From assembly GCA_965197645.1 (NCBI GenBank), contig OZ240219.1, positions 896,001 to 960,000 of the forward strand: DNA of 64,000 nt, given 5' to 3'. Positions 47,558 to 58,789 of this stretch are shown piece after piece; position 1 is the stretch's first letter; each line of letters opens with the position of its first letter. The notes under the pieces are model-generated. The model searched no databases. It was not told the origin of the DNA and saw only the letters and a program-made list of their open reading frames with translations. Made by a program: the position numbers and the translations under genes. This DNA comes from Dehalococcoidia bacterium (lineage in GTDB: Bacteria > Chloroflexota > Dehalococcoidia > Plut-88900).

Positions 47558-49102
47558 ATGCAGCAGACCGACTATGATGCCATCGTGATAGGCGCCGGGC
47601 ACAACGGCCTGGTAACGGCCGGATACCTGGCCGCCGAAGGCCTGAAGGTTCTGGTCCTCGAAAGGCAGGATATCGTTGGTGGGGCCTGCGTAACCGAGGA
47701 GCTTCACCCCGGCTTCCACGTCCCCTATTGCTCCTACGTGTGCTACGTCCTCCAGGGCAAGGTCATCGACGACCTGCAGCTGAAGGAGCACGGCCTGGAG
47801 ATCATCCAGGAGGAGTACGGCTCATTCCATCCCTTCCCGGACGGCGAACACATCCAGTTTGGGCCACGTTGGACCAGCGAGGAGACCCACGCTGAGATTG
47901 CCAGGTTCTCGGAGCACGATGCCCAGGCCTACCCCGAGTGGGAAGCCTTCTGGGAACGGGCCTGCGGAATCGTCTATCGCTACTGGCTGCAGGAGCCCCC
48001 CACCATGGCCCAGGTCTTCGAGGACGTGCGCGGCACCAGGGACGAAGAGGTATGGGAGACGATGCTTACCGTGCCCCTGGCCGACCTCGCAGACCGTTAC
48101 TTCGAATCGGACCATGTCAAAGCCGTCAGCACCGGCGGCGACTCGGACCAACCGGGTAGCATCTGGGCCAGGGCATACTACGGCTGCGGCATGTTCAGCA
48201 AGCCGGAAAACGTTGGTATCCCCAGGGGAAGCATGGGCGGAATCACCCAGGCGATGGCAAAATCGGCCGAGGCCAGGGGTGCCGAGATACGGACCGGCGC
48301 CCTCGTGGACGAGATTCTGGTGGAGAATGGGACGACGAGAGGGGTGAGGCTCGCCGATGGGGAAGAGATTCACAGCTTCATAGTGGTCTCCAACGCCGAC
48401 CCCAAGCGCACCTATCTCAAGATGCTGGACCCGGAGCACCTGGAGGACCGGTTCCTGCGGAAGGTCGGTAATCTCTCCACCAAGACGACCGACATCAAAT
48501 TCCTGGCGGCCCTCAAGGAGCTGCCTGAATTCTCCGGCTATCTCGGTGGAGGGTACAGTCCGACACGGAGTTCCACCATGCACATCATGCCTTCCATGGA
48601 ATACGGCCAGCAGAGCTCCGCCGATGCAAGGGATGGACGCATCACCGACTGCCCTTCGATGGGGATTCAGATCCCTTCCATATACGATTCATCCCTTGCG
48701 CCCTCCGGACACCACGTTCTCTCCGCCGATTGTTTCTACTATCCCGGTGTGCTCAGGGAGGGCTCGTGGGAGGACATGGGCCAGCGAGTGGGTGAGCGGC
48801 TCATCGATACCCTTACCCAATACGCCCCCAACTTCCGAGACTCCATCATCCACTGGACGGTCCAGACGCCTCGGGACATAGAGATCCGAGAAGCCATGAC
48901 CGATGGCGCCATCCATCACCTGGATGACTCGATGCATCAGCGTAACGCCGGGCGTATGCCTTACAGGGCGCCCATCCGCCAGCTGTATCTTTGCGGATCG
49001 GGAACCCACCCCGGCGGCGAGGTCACAGGCGCACCCGGACACAACGCCGCCAAGGCCGTCCTCAAAGACCTGGAGAGGGAGGTAGTCGGCCGGCCCGTCT
49101 AG
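47558..49102 (+). CDS. NAD(P)/FAD-dependent oxidoreductase (phytoene dehydrogenase-like)
   Basis: IGAGHNGL...VLER..VGGAC, GSMGGIT, LYLCGSGTHPGGEVTGAPGHNAA; ATG 47558. Confidence 0.92.
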   Translation: MQQTDYDAIVIGAGHNGLVTAGYLAAEGLKVLVLERQDIVGGACVTEELHPGFHVPYCSYVCYVLQGKVIDDLQLKEHGLEIIQEEYGSFHPFPDGEHIQFGPRWTSEETHAEIARFSEHDAQAYPEWEAFWERACGIVYRYWLQEPPTMAQVFEDVRGTRDEEVWETMLTVPLADLADRYFESDHVKAVSTGGDSDQPGSIWARAYYGCGMFSKPENVGIPRGSMGGITQAMAKSAEARGAEIRTGALVDEILVENGTTRGVRLADGEEIHSFIVVSNADPKRTYLKMLDPEHLEDRFLRKVGNLSTKTTDIKFLAALKELPEFSGYLGGGYSPTRSSTMHIMPSMEYGQQSSADARDGRITDCPSMGIQIPSIYDSSLAPSGHHVLSADCFYYPGVLREGSWEDMGQRVGERLIDTLTQYAPNFRDSIIHWTVQTPRDIEIREAMTDGAIHHLDDSMHQRNAGRMPYRAPIRQLYLCGSGTHPGGEVTGAPGHNAAKAVLKDLEREVVGRPV

Positions 49103-49161
49103 CTTGGCCGTGTCCCGCGCCTTCGGTCCCTGATTCGTGCATCTCAAGAGAGAGGTAAAAG

Positions 49162-49800
49162 GTGAAAGTATCAGCGCTTAGGCTTGTTCCCATTCTGGTC
49201 CTGATCGGAGTGGTTGTGACGGTCGGTTGCCGCCGGGGTGACGATGGGACTCCCACGGCAGTGCCCGAGGAGCCAACAGTTACCCCTACTCCCGCCGCCG
49301 CAACTGCCGAGCCAACGGCTACGCCCACTCCTGTCCCGGCGACCCCTGAGCCAACGGTTGAACCGGCTCCAGAGACAATTGGCGAAGATCGTCAAGCCCA
49401 GGTGGGGGATTCCGTAGCGGTCCACTACATCGGCACGTTGGACAACGGGGAGGAGTTCAGCAGGTCAACGGAGGAGATAGGTCCCATCGTCTTCGTGTTG
49501 GGCAGCGGGCAGGTGATACCCGGATTCGATGTCGCGATTCGCGGGCTTAAGGTGGGAGAGAGCGTCATGGTACGTCTAGAGGTGGAGGACGCCTACGGAG
49601 AATGGCAGGAGCAGCTCGTTCAGGAGTTCCCCATCCAACAGGCGCCGCCCAACATCCAGGTGGGTGAGGAGTTGCAACTCGGGGATGGACGAACGGCGAC
49701 GGTCATACAGGTCACGGAAACCACGGTAACGTTGGATGCCAACCATCCGTTGGCAGGCCAGCCCCTGAACTTCGAGATACGGCTGGTCTCGATAGAGTAG
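49162..49800 (+). CDS. FKBP-type peptidyl-prolyl isomerase, lipoprotein (SlyD/SlpA-like)
   Basis: Lipobox VTVGC, PT-rich linker, VHYIGTL, QVIPGFD, DANHPLAGQPLNF. Confidence 0.92.
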   Translation: MKVSALRLVPILVLIGVVVTVGCRRGDDGTPTAVPEEPTVTPTPAAATAEPTATPTPVPATPEPTVEPAPETIGEDRQAQVGDSVAVHYIGTLDNGEEFSRSTEEIGPIVFVLGSGQVIPGFDVAIRGLKVGESVMVRLEVEDAYGEWQEQLVQEFPIQQAPPNIQVGEELQLGDGRTATVIQVTETTVTLDANHPLAGQPLNFEIRLVSIE

Positions 49801-49891
49801 GCGCGCCGCCCTACCTGTTTGGGCAACACCACAGACCGCGGAGACGCCGGTTCCAAGCGTCAATAGCCGGCATCGGATGCTTTGAAGAGAG

Positions 49892-50275
49892 CTACTGCTC
49901 CTCTTTGTCCAGGTCCAGCGCCGCGGAGTTCAGGCAGTACCGAAGCCCGGTGGGCTGGGGCCCATCGGGGAACAGGTGGCCAAGGTGAGCGCCGCACTTG
50001 GAGCAGTTCACCTCGGTCCGTACCATCCCGAACGAAGAGTCGGTCTCCGTATCTATCCTGTCTTCGTCAATCGGCTCCCAGAAGCTGGGCCAGCCAGTGC
50101 CCGAGTTGTACTTCGTCGTCGATGAGAACAGTGGGGTGTCACAGCAGACGCAGCGGTAGGTCCCCTGGTCCTTGGAGTCCCAGTAGATCCCCGTGAAGGG
50201 CGGCTCGGTGCCCTTTTGCTGGGTAACGTAGTACTGCTCTTCGGTTAGCTTGGACCTGTGTACCTGCTCTTTCAT
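49892..50275 (-). CDS. msrB: Peptide-methionine (R)-S-oxide reductase
   Basis: [32 protein letters not shown]. Confidence 0.97.
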   Translation of the reverse strand: MKEQVHRSKLTEEQYYVTQQKGTEPPFTGIYWDSKDQGTYRCVCCDTPLFSSTTKYNSGTGWPSFWEPIDEDRIDTETDSSFGMVRTEVNCSKCGAHLGHLFPDGPQPTGLRYCLNSAALDLDKEEQ

Positions 50276-50323
50276 AAGACACCTCTCCAGGTCTGAAGTG
50301 CAAGACAGTCAGATTCGGGGGGA

Positions 50324-51943
50324 TTAACGGGCGCCGTTGCCGGACTTGCCCTGTTTGGTTAGCCAGTACTCCAGGCTATCGGTAAGGGCGAGCCAGCTGG
50401 CCTCGATGATATCCGTGGAGCTGCCCACGGTGGTCCACTGCGCTTTGCCGTCGGTGGAATCGATGAGAACGCGCACGTTGGCCTCCGTGCCCGAGGATTC
50501 GTCGATGATGCGCACCTTGTAGTCGGTGAGCTTGACTATGGCAAGGCTGGGGTAGAACTGGAGCAACGCCTTGCGGAGGGCGTTGTCCAGGGCGTTGACG
50601 GGGCCGTTGCCCTCGGCGGCTGTGTGCATCACCTCGCCGTCCACCCGCACCTTGACCATGGCCTCGGACAGTACGCCTACGGTGTCGCTGGGTGCGACCG
50701 GGATGCGGCGGCGCTTCTCGATCATGACCATGAAGTCGACCAGTTCGAAGGGTGATCTGTACTCCTTCTGATTCCGGCGCACCAGCATCTCGAAAGACGC
50801 CTCGGCCCCTTCGTACTGATAGCCTCGATTCTCCTGCTCTTTGATCTGCTGCAATAGCCTCTTCGTGTCTTGGGGTTCCATCTCCACGTCGATGCCCAGT
50901 TCCTTGACCTTGTAGGCGATGTTCACCCTGCCCGAGAGCTCGGACACGACCACCCTCTTGGTATTGCCCACCACCGCCGGCGGCATGTGCTGGTAGCTCT
51001 CCTCCAGCTTGTTCACCGCCGCGGCGTGCAGGCCGCCCTTGTGGACGAAGGCGCTATGCCCCACGTAAGGCTGCTGGTTGGCCGACGGCATGTTCGCCAG
51101 CTCGCTCACGTATCGGGAGGCCTCCGTGAGGTGGGAAAGCTGCTCGTCGGAGATGCAGTCGATACCCTTCTTCACCTTCAGATTCCCGATTACGGATATG
51201 AGATTGGCGTTGCCACACCGCTCGCCGTAGCCGTTTATAGTCCCCTGGACCTGGGTGACTCCCCGGTCTACTGCCGTCAGCGTGTTGCCGATGGCGAGAT
51301 CGGCGTCGTTGTGGACGTGTATCCCCAGGGGCACGGCGGAGGCTTCCCGCACCGTGTCGACCGTGTCGACGATCTCCCCGGGCAGGCACCCGCCGTTGGT
51401 GTCGCACAGGACAACGCAGTCGGCCCCGGCCTCAGCGGCTACCTGGACCGTCTTGAGAGCGTACTCCGGGTCGTCCTTGAATCCGTCGAAGAAGTGCTCT
51501 CCATCGAAGAACACCTCCCGGCCCTTGGACTTCAGGTACCGCACCGAGTCGGCAATCATGTCCAGGTTCTCTTCGGGCGTCGTCTCGAGGACGTGCCGCA
51601 CGTGTACGGCGGAGCTTTTGCCCACCAGGGTTATCACCTCGGTATCGGCGTCCAGCAGTGCCTTGATGTTGGCGTCCTCTTCGACGCTGACGTTGGCATG
51701 CCTGGTGCTGCCAAAGGCGGCTATCTTCGAGGTCTTCAGCTCCAGGCTTCTCGCCCGTTCGAAGAACTCGGCGTCCTTGGGGTTGGAGCCCGGCCATCCG
51801 CCTTCGATGTAGTGGACCCCAAGCTGGTCCAGCTTCTGGGCTATCTTGAGCTTGTCCTCCACGGACAGCGAGATGCCCTCCATCTGGGAGCCGTCCCTGA
51901 GGGTGGTGTCGTACAGCACTACTGTGGAAGCTTGATCTGTCAT
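50324..51943 (-). CDS. cimA: Citramalate synthase
   Basis: YDTTLRDGSQ, IEGGWPGSNPKD, HKGGLH, SELSGR, YEGAEASFE. Confidence 0.92.
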   Translation of the reverse strand: MTDQASTVVLYDTTLRDGSQMEGISLSVEDKLKIAQKLDQLGVHYIEGGWPGSNPKDAEFFERARSLELKTSKIAAFGSTRHANVSVEEDANIKALLDADTEVITLVGKSSAVHVRHVLETTPEENLDMIADSVRYLKSKGREVFFDGEHFFDGFKDDPEYALKTVQVAAEAGADCVVLCDTNGGCLPGEIVDTVDTVREASAVPLGIHVHNDADLAIGNTLTAVDRGVTQVQGTINGYGERCGNANLISVIGNLKVKKGIDCISDEQLSHLTEASRYVSELANMPSANQQPYVGHSAFVHKGGLHAAAVNKLEESYQHMPPAVVGNTKRVVVSELSGRVNIAYKVKELGIDVEMEPQDTKRLLQQIKEQENRGYQYEGAEASFEMLVRRNQKEYRSPFELVDFMVMIEKRRRIPVAPSDTVGVLSEAMVKVRVDGEVMHTAAEGNGPVNALDNALRKALLQFYPSLAIVKLTDYKVRIIDESSGTEANVRVLIDSTDGKAQWTTVGSSTDIIEASWLALTDSLEYWLTKQGKSGNGAR

Positions 51944-52023
51944 CTGGTCTGTTCTATGTCATCCCGGTCGTGGTGAAGGACCTGGGGTGGTGCACCTTTC
52001 AGTCTCTAGCCGATCCAGTCCTC

Positions 52024-53133
52024 TCAGCCCTTGGCGATCCTCTCCGCTAACAGGTCCCCCATTTTTGCTGTGCCGACCTGCTCCATGCCTTCCTGCATTA
52101 TGTCTGGCGTGCGGTATCCATCCTCCAACACCCGCTCTACGGCCCTCTCGATCGCCTCCGCCTCCGAGCTCAGGCCCAGCGAGTGGCGCAGCAGCATGGC
52201 CGCGCTGAGAGCCATGGCTATGGGATTGGCCTTGTCCTGGCCGGCTAGGTCCGGAGCGCTGCCGTGTACCGGCTCGTACAGACCGGGCATCTTGGGCGAC
52301 CGACGTTTGTCTCTGTTGCTGATGTTAAGGCTGGCCGAAGGCAACATGCCCATGGAGCCGGACAGCACCGATGCTTCATCGGTCAGGATGTCGCCGAAGG
52401 TGTTCTCTGTAACTATCACGTCGAACTGGGAGGGCTGGCGTATCAGGTGCATGGCCGCGGTGTCCACCAGGATGTGGTCCAGATCGATGTCCGGGTAATC
52501 GGAGGCGATCTCCAGGGCCACCTCTCGCCAGAGCCTGGACGATTCCAGGATGTTGGCTTTGTCCACCGAGGTCAGCTTCTTGCGGCGCCCCCGCGCCAGC
52601 TCGAATCCCACCCGAATGATCCTCTCGATCTCCGCCTCCGAGTATGCCATGGTGTCCTTGGCGCTGCGCCCCTTGGACGATTTCCACTGTCTCTTTGGCT
52701 TGCCGAAGTAGAGGCCTCCGGTCAGCTCCCGCACCACAACCATGTCCACGCCGGCGAGAACCTCCGATTTCAACGGAGTCGAGTCCTGAAGCTGTGGGTA
52801 CACCTTGAGCGGTCTCAGGTTGGCAAAGAGCTTGAGCCCCTTGCGAAGGGCGAGGAGCCCCTGTTCCGGCCGCACCTTGGCCCGAGGGTCGTCCCATTTG
52901 GGTCCACCCACGGCCCCGAACAGTACCGCGTCGCTCTTGCGGCACATCTCCAGGGTTTCGTCGGGCAGGGCGGTGCCGAACTTATCGATGGCGCCGCCCC
53001 CGGCCGATCCGTAGCTGTACTCGAACTGGTGGCCGAACAGTTGGCCGATGCGGTCCAGTATCTTGACGCCCTCGGCCGTGACCTCCGGCCCGATGCCGTC
53101 TCCAGGTATTACCGCTATGTTCGCTTTTGTCAT
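52024..53133 (-). CDS. leuB: 3-isopropylmalate dehydrogenase
   Basis: [44 protein letters not shown]. Confidence 0.98.
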   Translation of the reverse strand: MTKANIAVIPGDGIGPEVTAEGVKILDRIGQLFGHQFEYSYGSAGGGAIDKFGTALPDETLEMCRKSDAVLFGAVGGPKWDDPRAKVRPEQGLLALRKGLKLFANLRPLKVYPQLQDSTPLKSEVLAGVDMVVVRELTGGLYFGKPKRQWKSSKGRSAKDTMAYSEAEIERIIRVGFELARGRRKKLTSVDKANILESSRLWREVALEIASDYPDIDLDHILVDTAAMHLIRQPSQFDVIVTENTFGDILTDEASVLSGSMGMLPSASLNISNRDKRRSPKMPGLYEPVHGSAPDLAGQDKANPIAMALSAAMLLRHSLGLSSEAEAIERAVERVLEDGYRTPDIMQEGMEQVGTAKMGDLLAERIAKG

Positions 53134-53264
53134 GTCGTTTTCGCCGTGTTGAGGTTAGCGACAAGAATCAAGGATGGGTCCTGTTTTGTCATTCCGAGGA
53201 AGGGGACACTGAGTCCCTACGCTGTGGACCGGTTCTTCCCGGCAGCTCGGAACTGCATCACGGA

Positions 53265-54806
53265 CTAGCCCGTACCCACTGCCTCGGCCTCGGGCATACT
53301 GCGGCTTGCCAGCAGCCGGTTCAGGGCGTTCATGTAGGCCTTGGCGCTGGCCACTATAATGTCCGTGTCTGCGCCCCGCCCTATGAACGTTTCCATCTCG
53401 CTCTGCACCCTGATAGTAACCTCCCCCAGGGCGTCGATGCCCTCAGTTACCGACTTCACGTTGAACTCGGTCAACTCGTTGGGCACGCCCACCAGCCTGT
53501 TGATAGCCTGGTAGACCGCGTCCACCGGTCCCGCGCCGACGGCGGCGTCGGTCTGCACACCATCATCGGGTCCCCTGAGGGTGACGGTGGCAGTAGGCAC
53601 ATCGTGGTCTCCACAGGACACCTGCACGTGCTCCAGTCGATAGGTCTCGTTGACGGTGCGGCGCTCCTCACCCATCAGCACTTCCAGGTCACGGTCAGTG
53701 ACCTCCTTCTTCTTGTCGGCCACGTCCTTGAAGGCCTGGAATGTCCGTTTCAGCTCCTCATCGGTAAGGGCGTATCCCAGCTGCTCGAGCCGGTTTCTCA
53801 GCGCCGCTCGACCGCTCAGCTTGCCCAGGTAAAGGGTTGTGGTGGGCACCCCGACGGACTGGGGGTCCATGATCTCGTAGGTGATGGGGTTCTTCAGGAT
53901 GCCGTCCTGGTGTATTCCAGATTCGTGCCTGAAGGCGTTGCCGCCCACCACCGCCTTGTTGGGCTGCACCGGCAGCCCGGTGAGATCGCTCACCAGGCGG
54001 CTGGTGCGATATATCTGGGTGCTATCGATATTGGTCGTGATGTCGTACAGGTCGTTGCGGGTCCTGAGGGCCATCACGATCTCTTCCAGTGAGGCGTTGC
54101 CCGCCCGCTCGCCGATGCCGTTCACTGTGCACTCCACCTGCCTGGCTCCCGCCCGGATCGCCGCCAGGCTGTTGGGCACCGAGAGGCCCAGGTCGTTGTG
54201 GCAGTGCACGCTTACGGTAGCCTTATCGATGTTCGGCACCTTTTCGAAGATGCTGGAGATCAGATCGTAGAACTCTTCGGGCGTGGTGTAGCCGACGGTG
54301 TCCGGGATGTTGATGGTCTTGGCTCCGGCGTTGATGACCGATTCCAGCACCCTGTAGAGATACTCCCGGCTGGTGCGGGTGGCGTCCATCGGCGAGAACT
54401 CCACGTCGCTGAGGTACCCCGCGGCCCGGGCCACCATCTCGGTGGCCATTTCCAGGATCTCCTCGTGGTTCTTCTTGAGCTGGTACATCAGGTGTACGTC
54501 CGAGCTGCTGAGGAACACGTGCACCCTGGGATTCTCGGCGTTTTTGACCGCGTCGTAGCAGGCGTCAACGGCCTTGGGATGAGCGTGGGCCAAGCCGGCC
54601 ACTATCGGTCCTTTGACCTCTTTTGCGACCCTGCTCACCGCCTCGAAGTCGCCCGGCGAGCTGAAGGGGAATCCTGCTTCGATTACGTCCACACCCAGAC
54701 GGCTGAGCTGGTGGGCTATCTCCACCTTCTCCTCCACGTTGAGGGTGGCGCCCGGCGCCTGCTCCCCGTCTCTGAGCGTGGTATCGAAGATTGTAACCTG
54801 GTTCAT
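53265..54806 (-). CDS. leuA: 2-isopropylmalate synthase
   Basis: [34 protein letters not shown]. Confidence 0.98.
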   Translation of the reverse strand: MNQVTIFDTTLRDGEQAPGATLNVEEKVEIAHQLSRLGVDVIEAGFPFSSPGDFEAVSRVAKEVKGPIVAGLAHAHPKAVDACYDAVKNAENPRVHVFLSSSDVHLMYQLKKNHEEILEMATEMVARAAGYLSDVEFSPMDATRTSREYLYRVLESVINAGAKTINIPDTVGYTTPEEFYDLISSIFEKVPNIDKATVSVHCHNDLGLSVPNSLAAIRAGARQVECTVNGIGERAGNASLEEIVMALRTRNDLYDITTNIDSTQIYRTSRLVSDLTGLPVQPNKAVVGGNAFRHESGIHQDGILKNPITYEIMDPQSVGVPTTTLYLGKLSGRAALRNRLEQLGYALTDEELKRTFQAFKDVADKKKEVTDRDLEVLMGEERRTVNETYRLEHVQVSCGDHDVPTATVTLRGPDDGVQTDAAVGAGPVDAVYQAINRLVGVPNELTEFNVKSVTEGIDALGEVTIRVQSEMETFIGRGADTDIIVASAKAYMNALNRLLASRSMPEAEAVGTG

Positions 54807-54877
54807 TTCATGACTCCTTGGTCTATAGCTACGAGTCCGCTGTTGCGTCCGGCCGGCCCAGCTGGAAGGTTCCGCTC

Positions 54878-55885
54878 CTAGCTGGGCTTGCTAAGGAAGC
54901 TCATCATGGCCCGCAGCTCCTCCCCAACCTTCTCCACAGTATGCTCCTTGTCCCGTTTTCTCATGGCATCGAAGTTGGTGCGACCCTCCCGGTTCTCGGC
55001 GATCCAGTCCCTGGCGAAGGCGCCGCTCTGTATGTCCGCCAGCACCTTCTTCATGTTTTCCTTGACGTGGGGATCGATCACCTTCTCGCCCCGGGTGTAA
55101 TCGCCGTATTCGGCGGTGTCGCTGACCGAGTACCGCATGTACCCGAGTCCGCCCTGGTAGATCAGGTCCACTATCAGCTTCACCTCGTGCAGACACTCGA
55201 AGTAGGCCACCTCTGGCTGGTAACCGGCCTCGACCAGGGTCTCGAAACCGTACTTGATGAGAGAGGTAACCCCGCCGCACAGTACGCTCTGTTCACCGAA
55301 CAGGTCCGTTTCGGTCTCCTCTTTGAAAGTGGTCGCCAGGACGCCCGCCTTGGTGCAACCCAGGGCCTTCCCATAAGCCAGGGCCGTCTCTCTGGCCTGG
55401 CCCGAGGGGTCCTGCTCTATGGCTATCAGCGCCGGCACTCCAACCCCCTCCGAGAAGAGCTCCCGCAGACGATGGCCCGGCGCCTTGGGAGCGATCATGC
55501 TGACGTCCACGTAGGGCGGGGGCACCACCTCGTTGAAGTGGATGTTGAACCCGTGGGCAAACATCAACGTCTTGCCCTCTTCCAGGTGGGTCGCTATCTG
55601 ACCCTCGTACACGTCCCGTTGACGCTCGTCTGGAATGGTCATCATGATGATGTCGGACGCTTTGGCCACGTCGGCCACCTCCGCCACCTTGAGCCCGGCC
55701 TCCTCGGCCTTGGGCCAGCTCTTGCTGCCCTGGTAGAGTCCGACCATAACGTCGCAGCCGCTGTCCTTCAGGTTCAGCGAATGGGCGTGTCCCTGGCTGC
55801 CGTAGCCTATCACCCCGATGGTCTTGCCTTCGAGGGTCTTCATGTCGGCGTCGTTATCGTAGTAGACCGTTGCGTTGATCGCCAT
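54878..55885 (-). CDS. ilvC: Ketol-acid reductoisomerase
   Basis: [36 protein letters not shown]. Confidence 0.98.
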   Translation of the reverse strand: MAINATVYYDNDADMKTLEGKTIGVIGYGSQGHAHSLNLKDSGCDVMVGLYQGSKSWPKAEEAGLKVAEVADVAKASDIIMMTIPDERQRDVYEGQIATHLEEGKTLMFAHGFNIHFNEVVPPPYVDVSMIAPKAPGHRLRELFSEGVGVPALIAIEQDPSGQARETALAYGKALGCTKAGVLATTFKEETETDLFGEQSVLCGGVTSLIKYGFETLVEAGYQPEVAYFECLHEVKLIVDLIYQGGLGYMRYSVSDTAEYGDYTRGEKVIDPHVKENMKKVLADIQSGAFARDWIAENREGRTNFDAMRKRDKEHTVEKVGEELRAMMSFLSKPS

Positions 55886-55888
55886 CTC

Positions 55889-56440
55889 CTATACTCCTCC
55901 GATATCCTCGTAGTGGACGGGTTCCTGCGGCCGTCGGCCGTTTACGTTGATGGTGCCCGAACCCCGCACCATTGCCACCCGCCCCGTGCGCATGATCTCC
56001 TGTACTCCAAAGGGCTTCAGCAGATTGTATAGTGACTGGATCTTTTCGTCGTCTCCGGTCACTTCTATCACCAGGCTATCCAGTGCCACGTCGATGATGT
56101 GGGCCCTGAATATCCCCGCTATGCTTATGATCTCACTCCGTTCCTCGGGGGCTGATTTGACCTTTATCAGGCTCAACTCCCGGGAGACCATCGGCCGGTC
56201 CGTTATGTCGTAGACCTCAACAACGCCGATCAGCTTCTTGAGCTGCCGAGCGGCCTGCCGGTGGACTTCTTCATTGCCTTCAACGACTATGGTCATCCTG
56301 GATAGTGCCGGGGTCTCGCTCTGTCCCACCGCCAGGCTGGCGATGTTGAAGCCGCGGCGTCTGAACAGCCCCGAGATCCGATTGAGGACGCCCGGTTTGT
56401 CTTCCACCAGCGCTACCAGAGTATGTCTGTGGCCTGCCAT
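55889..56440 (-). CDS. ilvN: Acetolactate synthase small subunit
   Basis: LVEDKPGVLNRISGLFRRRGFNI; real start ATG 56440. Confidence 0.96.
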   Translation of the reverse strand: MAGHRHTLVALVEDKPGVLNRISGLFRRRGFNIASLAVGQSETPALSRMTIVVEGNEEVHRQAARQLKKLIGVVEVYDITDRPMVSRELSLIKVKSAPEERSEIISIAGIFRAHIIDVALDSLVIEVTGDDEKIQSLYNLLKPFGVQEIMRTGRVAMVRGSGTINVNGRRPQEPVHYEDIGGV

Positions 56441-56445
56441 GCCGC

Positions 56446-58140
56446 CTAGCCCATGGTTACGCTTACGTTGGGGTCTTCCACCATCGATGTCACCGAGCCG
56501 CCGGGCGGGATGAACGGGTACACGTTCTCTTCCGTCCTGACCACAAAGTCCACCACCACCGGTCCATCGTGCTCCATGGCCTGCCGTATCGAGGGGACCA
56601 CCTGGTCCTTGGTCTTGACCCTCAGCCCGACCATGCCGAAGGCCTCGGCCAGCTTGACGAAGTCGGGGCTGTGGAACTGGGTGGCAACGTAGGACTTGTC
56701 GTAGAACAGCTCCTGCCACTGCCTCACCATGCCGTGAAATCCGTTGTTCATGATGGCGAACTTGACCGGTATGTTTTCCTGCACCATGGTGGCCAGCTCG
56801 AACATGGTCATCTGGAAGCCGCCGTCGCCGCAGATGGACCACACCGTCCTGTCGGGACAGCCTACCTGGGCGCCCATGGCGGCCGGGACCTCGTAACCCA
56901 TGGTACCGGCGCCACCCGAGGTCAGGAACCTGTTGGGTTCGTTGAAGAAGAAGTGCTGCGCCGCCCACATCTGGTGCTGGCCGACACCGGTGACAATTAT
57001 CCCTTCTCCCTGGGTCTCCTGGTTTAGCTGTTGAATGATGTAGGGAGGAATCAGGTCCTCCGTATCGCGAATCTTCAACGAGGGGTGGTCCTCCCTCCAC
57101 TGATGGATTTGCGACACCCATTGAGAGCGGCTCTTCTGCTCCACCAGCGGGTTCAGCTGGCTCAGGGTGTGATTGACGTCCGATACCAGGGCTAGGTCCA
57201 CCGGCACGTTTTTGCCTATCTCGGCGGCGTCTATGTCCAGGTGGAGCTTCTTGGCCCTGGGAGCGAAGTCACTGATCTTGCCCGTGACCCGGTCGTCGAA
57301 CCGCATACCGATGCCCAGCAGCAGGTCCGCCTGATCGATGGCTATGCTGGCCCATGCGACGCCGTGCATTCCCGGCATGCCTACACTGAGCACGTGGCTG
57401 CCCGGGAAGGAATCGAGTCCGAGCAAGGTGGTGATAACGGGTATCTGGGCCTTTTCGGCCAGCTCTTGCAGTCGGGAGTGGGCCCTGGAGATGGTCACGC
57501 CGCGCCCGGCTATGATGATGGGGCGCTCGGCCTCGTTGATCATTTGAGCGGCCTGCTCCAGGTCGGCGGGTTCCAGCTCATCGTAGGGTTCGTAACCGGG
57601 CAGGTCCACTTCGTCGGGATAACCTTCGAACTCCGTCTCTTCCTGCTGGATGTCCTTGGGTATGTCGACGAGGACGGGACCGGGCCGACCCGTCCTGGCC
57701 AGGTAGAAAGCCTCTTTGATGACCATGGGCAGCTCTTGGATGTCCATGACCAGGTAGTTGTGCTTGGTGATGGGCAGGGTTATACCGGTAACGTCGGACT
57801 CCTGGAAGGCGTCCTTGCCGATCATGGCCCTGGGCACCTGCCCGGTGATGGCCACGATGGGGACCGAGTCCATCTGCGCGGTCATGATGCCGGTAACCAG
57901 GTTGGTGGCGCCCGGCCCGGAGGTGGCTACGCAGACGCCGACCCTACCGGTGGCCCTGGCGTAACCGTCGGCGGCGGTGGCTGCGCCCTGCTCGTGGCGC
58001 ACCAGGATGTGTCGCAGGTCGGGGTACTCGGGCAGGGTCTGGTAGAAGGGCAAAATAGCCCCACCGGGCAGACCAAACATGACGTCTACCCCTTCCTGCC
58101 TGAGACACTCCAAGACTATTTGCGACCCATTCAGCTTCAT
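56446..58140 (-). CDS. ilvB: Acetolactate synthase large subunit
   Basis: FGLPGGA, RHEQGA, TSGPGATN, GDGGFQM; ATG 58140 with RBS AGGAGG. Confidence 0.98.
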   Translation of the reverse strand: MKLNGSQIVLECLRQEGVDVMFGLPGGAILPFYQTLPEYPDLRHILVRHEQGAATAADGYARATGRVGVCVATSGPGATNLVTGIMTAQMDSVPIVAITGQVPRAMIGKDAFQESDVTGITLPITKHNYLVMDIQELPMVIKEAFYLARTGRPGPVLVDIPKDIQQEETEFEGYPDEVDLPGYEPYDELEPADLEQAAQMINEAERPIIIAGRGVTISRAHSRLQELAEKAQIPVITTLLGLDSFPGSHVLSVGMPGMHGVAWASIAIDQADLLLGIGMRFDDRVTGKISDFAPRAKKLHLDIDAAEIGKNVPVDLALVSDVNHTLSQLNPLVEQKSRSQWVSQIHQWREDHPSLKIRDTEDLIPPYIIQQLNQETQGEGIIVTGVGQHQMWAAQHFFFNEPNRFLTSGGAGTMGYEVPAAMGAQVGCPDRTVWSICGDGGFQMTMFELATMVQENIPVKFAIMNNGFHGMVRQWQELFYDKSYVATQFHSPDFVKLAEAFGMVGLRVKTKDQVVPSIRQAMEHDGPVVVDFVVRTEENVYPFIPPGGSVTSMVEDPNVSVTMG

Positions 58141-58204
58141 TGCCACCTCCTGAGGTGGGCCACGGCTACGACAACGGGAACCGATGCTTCTATTTCGGGA
58201 TCGA

Positions 58205-58440
58205 AACAAAAAAATCCCCGTCCCATAAAGGGACGGGGTTCTCATCCGTGGTACCACCCTTCTTTGTTCCGACTAGTCGGAACCTCATATCAGAGTAACG
58301 GCTCTAACCGACCAGGCCTACTTGGGACATTTCAGCCTGATAGCTCCGAGGCGAGTTCGGAGGCCCTTACCATCGGGCTTTCACCATTTCCCGATTCGCT
58401 GAGGGGCGGAAGCTCTCCTACTACTCCTCTTCAACGCTAG
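58205..58440 (-). promoter_or_regulatory. T-box riboswitch (Leu specifier CUC) with terminator
   Basis: Minus strand: stem I elements (AGTAG, GCGAAT, GGTGAAAG, GAA-CTC at 58353-58355), T-box AAGGGTGGTACCACGG (58246-58261), terminator CCCCGTCCC/GGGACGGGG plus T7. Confidence 0.92.
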
Positions 58441-58687
58441 TTTCTATTCAATTGTGAAATCCGAAACAACGTAACATATCTTGTCAACTGGTGTCAAGAT
58501 TCGAGGTGTGATAATCATTATCATGCCAGACGATACTGGTCCGGCAGGATGATGAGTAACCCTTTCGACCATCTCCCCGGCCCCTTTCCTGACCAGTGTA
58601 CAACCTTAGGGGGCGGGGGCCGTCGAATGCAATCTGGGAGAGTGTGGAAGGATACGACTTTTCGCGGGCAACGGCCAGACCTGGCTA

Positions 58688-58742
58688 GATTGCCACGCCC
58701 CGACTTTGTCGGGTCTCGCAATGACGAGGCTGTCGTTGCGAG
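58688..58742. repeat. REP-like palindromic element
   Basis: GATTGCCACG...CTCGCAATGAC-N6-GTCGTTGCGAG; a related GTCATTCCGAG...CTCGGAA lies at 53188-53252. Confidence 0.5.
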
Positions 58743-58789
58743 CGACGGGGAAGTTGGCCCCTCCCCATGCCCTATAATTCCTCAGCCTG

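Noticed and set aside
49240-49380. Low-complexity repeats (PT/EP-rich) as a possible repeat array
   Set aside because: Encodes the Pro/Thr linker of the FKBP lipoprotein.
56441-57121. Apparent N-terminal extension of ilvN
   Set aside because: Alternative frame overlapping ilvB; IlvN homology begins at ATG 56440.
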